From Chitinophaga pinensis (GTDB lineage: Bacteria > Bacteroidota > Bacteroidia > UBA4408), in the NCBI GenBank assembly GCA_945861665.1, contig CAMAVS010000001.1, positions 146,403 to 210,402 on the forward strand: a stretch of 64,000 nucleotides of DNA, in the 5' to 3' direction. The notes beneath the pieces were generated by a model that saw nothing but the letters and a program-made list of their open reading frames with translations, searched no databases and was not told the DNA's origin. This document shows, in pieces, positions 62,039 through 64,000 of this stretch. The position numbers and the translations under genes were made by a program. Each line of letters begins with the position of its first letter. Within the stretch, counting starts at the first letter, position 1.

Positions 62039-64000
62039 ATGAAAAATACAAGCCTAATTGCAATACTTATAGCAGCATTGCTATGCATATCAAAAAATTC
62101 AACCGCACAAGTTGTAATAAATGAATACTCTTGTTCAAATACAACAACAATACAAGATAATTTTTTTCAATTCGAAGATTGGATTGAATTGTATAACACC
62201 GGAAACGTTGCAGTGAATTTAGCAGGATACTACCTAAGTGATAATGCTGCACTGCCAACTAAATGGCAAATTGCAAATGCCAACATTCCGGCAAACGGAA
62301 GACTTTTAATATATGCATCAGGAAATAATATAATGAACGGTACTTTGCACACAAATTTTAAAATCACTCAAACAAAATTCGAGCAAATAGTTTTATCAAA
62401 TGCAGGGGGACAAATTATTGACAGTTTAACAGTTAAACTCACTCAAAATAACCATTCGCGTGGACGCACAACGGATGGAGCAGCAACCTGGAGCGTATTT
62501 ACCACACCCAATCCAAATGCTGCAAACACAAATGCAAAACAAGATTATACCCCACGACCAACTTTCAATATTGCTCCCGGATTTTATGGAGGAGCTCAAA
62601 ATATTATTTTATCAACTATTGACCCGAATGCTCAAATTCGTTACACCACAGATGGTTCAGTACCAACTATTGCATCTACATTATACGCTGCTCCAATAAA
62701 CGTTGCCAGCACAACTGTTATAAGAGCCAAAGGATTCAGCAACAATCCAAATGTTCCTGCAAGTTTTACAGAAACCAATACGTATTTCATCAACGTAAAC
62801 CATTCATTACCGATAGTATCTGTTGCCTCTGCAAATTATACGCAGCTTTTTAATACAGCACAACCCATTGTTTCATCCATTGAATATTTTGACAAAAACA
62901 AAGTATTTCAATTTGAAACAGAAGGAGATGTTGACAAACACGGAAACGACTCTTGGGCCTTTCCACAAAAAGGGATTGACTTTGTTGCTTCTGATGAATA
63001 CGGTTACGATGCAATTATGGACTACCCTATCTTCTCAGCAAAAATCCGTACTAAATTTGACCGAGTAATTTTAAAAGCTGCAGCATCCGACAATTACCCT
63101 TTTTCACAAACTCAAAATGGAGTACCGGGATGTCACCTTAGAGATGCTTTTGTTCAAACTATTTCGCAAAAAGGAAATTTTGAAATGGATGAACGCTCTA
63201 CAGAATCGTGTATACTGTTTATTAATGGACTATATTGGGGAGTATATGAATTAAGGGAAAAAGTTGACCACCATAATTTTACAAATTTTTACTATAATCA
63301 AGATAAGAAAGACATTGATGTATTAGCCTTTTGGGGAGGCTTAAACATTAAGTACGGAAGTGATACTGCTTGGGTAAATTTGTATAATTTTATTATGTCA
63401 CATAATATGGCAAACGCCACAGAGTATGCTTACGTTGATAGTTTACTGAGTTACAAAAGTGTAATCGACAATATTATTCTGAATACCTATGTAGTAAACA
63501 GCGACTGGATTAGTTGGAATACAATGTGGTGGAGAGGAAGAAATCCAAATGGCAATAAAAAGAAATGGCGCTATGCTTGTTGGGACCAAGATAATGTATA
63601 TGATCTTGGAGAAAATTATGCGGGGTGGCCAACCACAACCTTTATAGTTGACCCTTGCGATTTGGATAATATTTATGCAAACGTGGGTCCGGAAATGGGG
63701 CACTTGGATATTTTCACCCGCCTTATGCAAAATGCCGATTTTAAATCTATGTATGTTAATCGTTATGTTGAACTTGTAAATACCAGTTTAAGTTGCGACA
63801 GTTTAAATGCTTTGTTAGGAAGAATGATAACTGTGTTAACACCCGAAATGCCGGCTCAAATAGCACGATGGGGTGGAAGTATGGCAGGGTGGCAAGCTAA
63901 TTTAGTTCACATCAAGCAACAAATTGATGGCCGGTGTTCAGTTATTGACAGCTTATTTAAAGATTGCTATCAAGTAACAGGGCCATTTGCAGTAACATTT
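62039..64000 (+). CDS. CotH kinase family protein with lamin-tail-like and FN3/chitobiase-type domains (3' end outside window)
   Basis: Not in the ORF track because there is no stop. Signal peptide, VVINEYSCSN, DWIELYN, IRYTTDGSVP, NGLYWGVYELREK, DW..WN, W...CWDQD. Confidence 0.85.
   Translation, partial: MKNTSLIAILIAALLCISKNSTAQVVINEYSCSNTTTIQDNFFQFEDWIELYNTGNVAVNLAGYYLSDNAALPTKWQIANANIPANGRLLIYASGNNIMNGTLHTNFKITQTKFEQIVLSNAGGQIIDSLTVKLTQNNHSRGRTTDGAATWSVFTTPNPNAANTNAKQDYTPRPTFNIAPGFYGGAQNIILSTIDPNAQIRYTTDGSVPTIASTLYAAPINVASTTVIRAKGFSNNPNVPASFTETNTYFINVNHSLPIVSVASANYTQLFNTAQPIVSSIEYFDKNKVFQFETEGDVDKHGNDSWAFPQKGIDFVASDEYGYDAIMDYPIFSAKIRTKFDRVILKAAASDNYPFSQTQNGVPGCHLRDAFVQTISQKGNFEMDERSTESCILFINGLYWGVYELREKVDHHNFTNFYYNQDKKDIDVLAFWGGLNIKYGSDTAWVNLYNFIMSHNMANATEYAYVDSLLSYKSVIDNIILNTYVVNSDWISWNTMWWRGRNPNGNKKKWRYACWDQDNVYDLGENYAGWPTTTFIVDPCDLDNIYANVGPEMGHLDIFTRLMQNADFKSMYVNRYVELVNTSLSCDSLNALLGRMITVLTPEMPAQIARWGGSMAGWQANLVHIKQQIDGRCSVIDSLFKDCYQVTGPFAVTF

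Overview
A 64-kb stretch of core chromosome from an AT-rich Bacteroidota genome. The assignment rests on TAnnTTTG promoters, T9SS cargo proteins and Bacteroidota-type LptD, DUF5686 and DUF4421. Most of it is housekeeping: rho, obgE, adk, hpt, pyrR-pyrB, rnz, rplU-rpmA, yidC, purL, ispE, accA, aroK, trxB, mnmD, lptB, tatC, gatC, tRNA-Met and tRNA-Lys. It also has envelope genes and several T9SS-type surface proteins (an S8 protease, two CHU_C adhesins and a CotH kinase). I found no CRISPR array, integrase, transposase or rRNA. Main things worth a second look: (1) a membrane-anchored, His/CxxC-rich 107-aa leader ORF ending in the ribosome-arrest motif RGPP, 69 bp upstream of a TonB-dependent receptor, a candidate Bacteroidota counterpart of the CruR/DUF2946 metal-sensing uORF; (2) a histone-H1-like Lys-rich repeat region fused to a START-like domain; (3) several 3'-end gene relics missing from or misread by the ORF track, including mntR/dtxR and arsC tails joined back-to-back at an 8-bp shared sequence, and a decayed paralogous T9SS C-terminal domain behind tRNA-Lys; (4) a 16-bp palindrome present once between genes and once in-frame inside a CDS; (5) a perfect FNR-type box upstream of a usp-antiporter pair. 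All family assignments come from motif recognition and recall, not from database searches.
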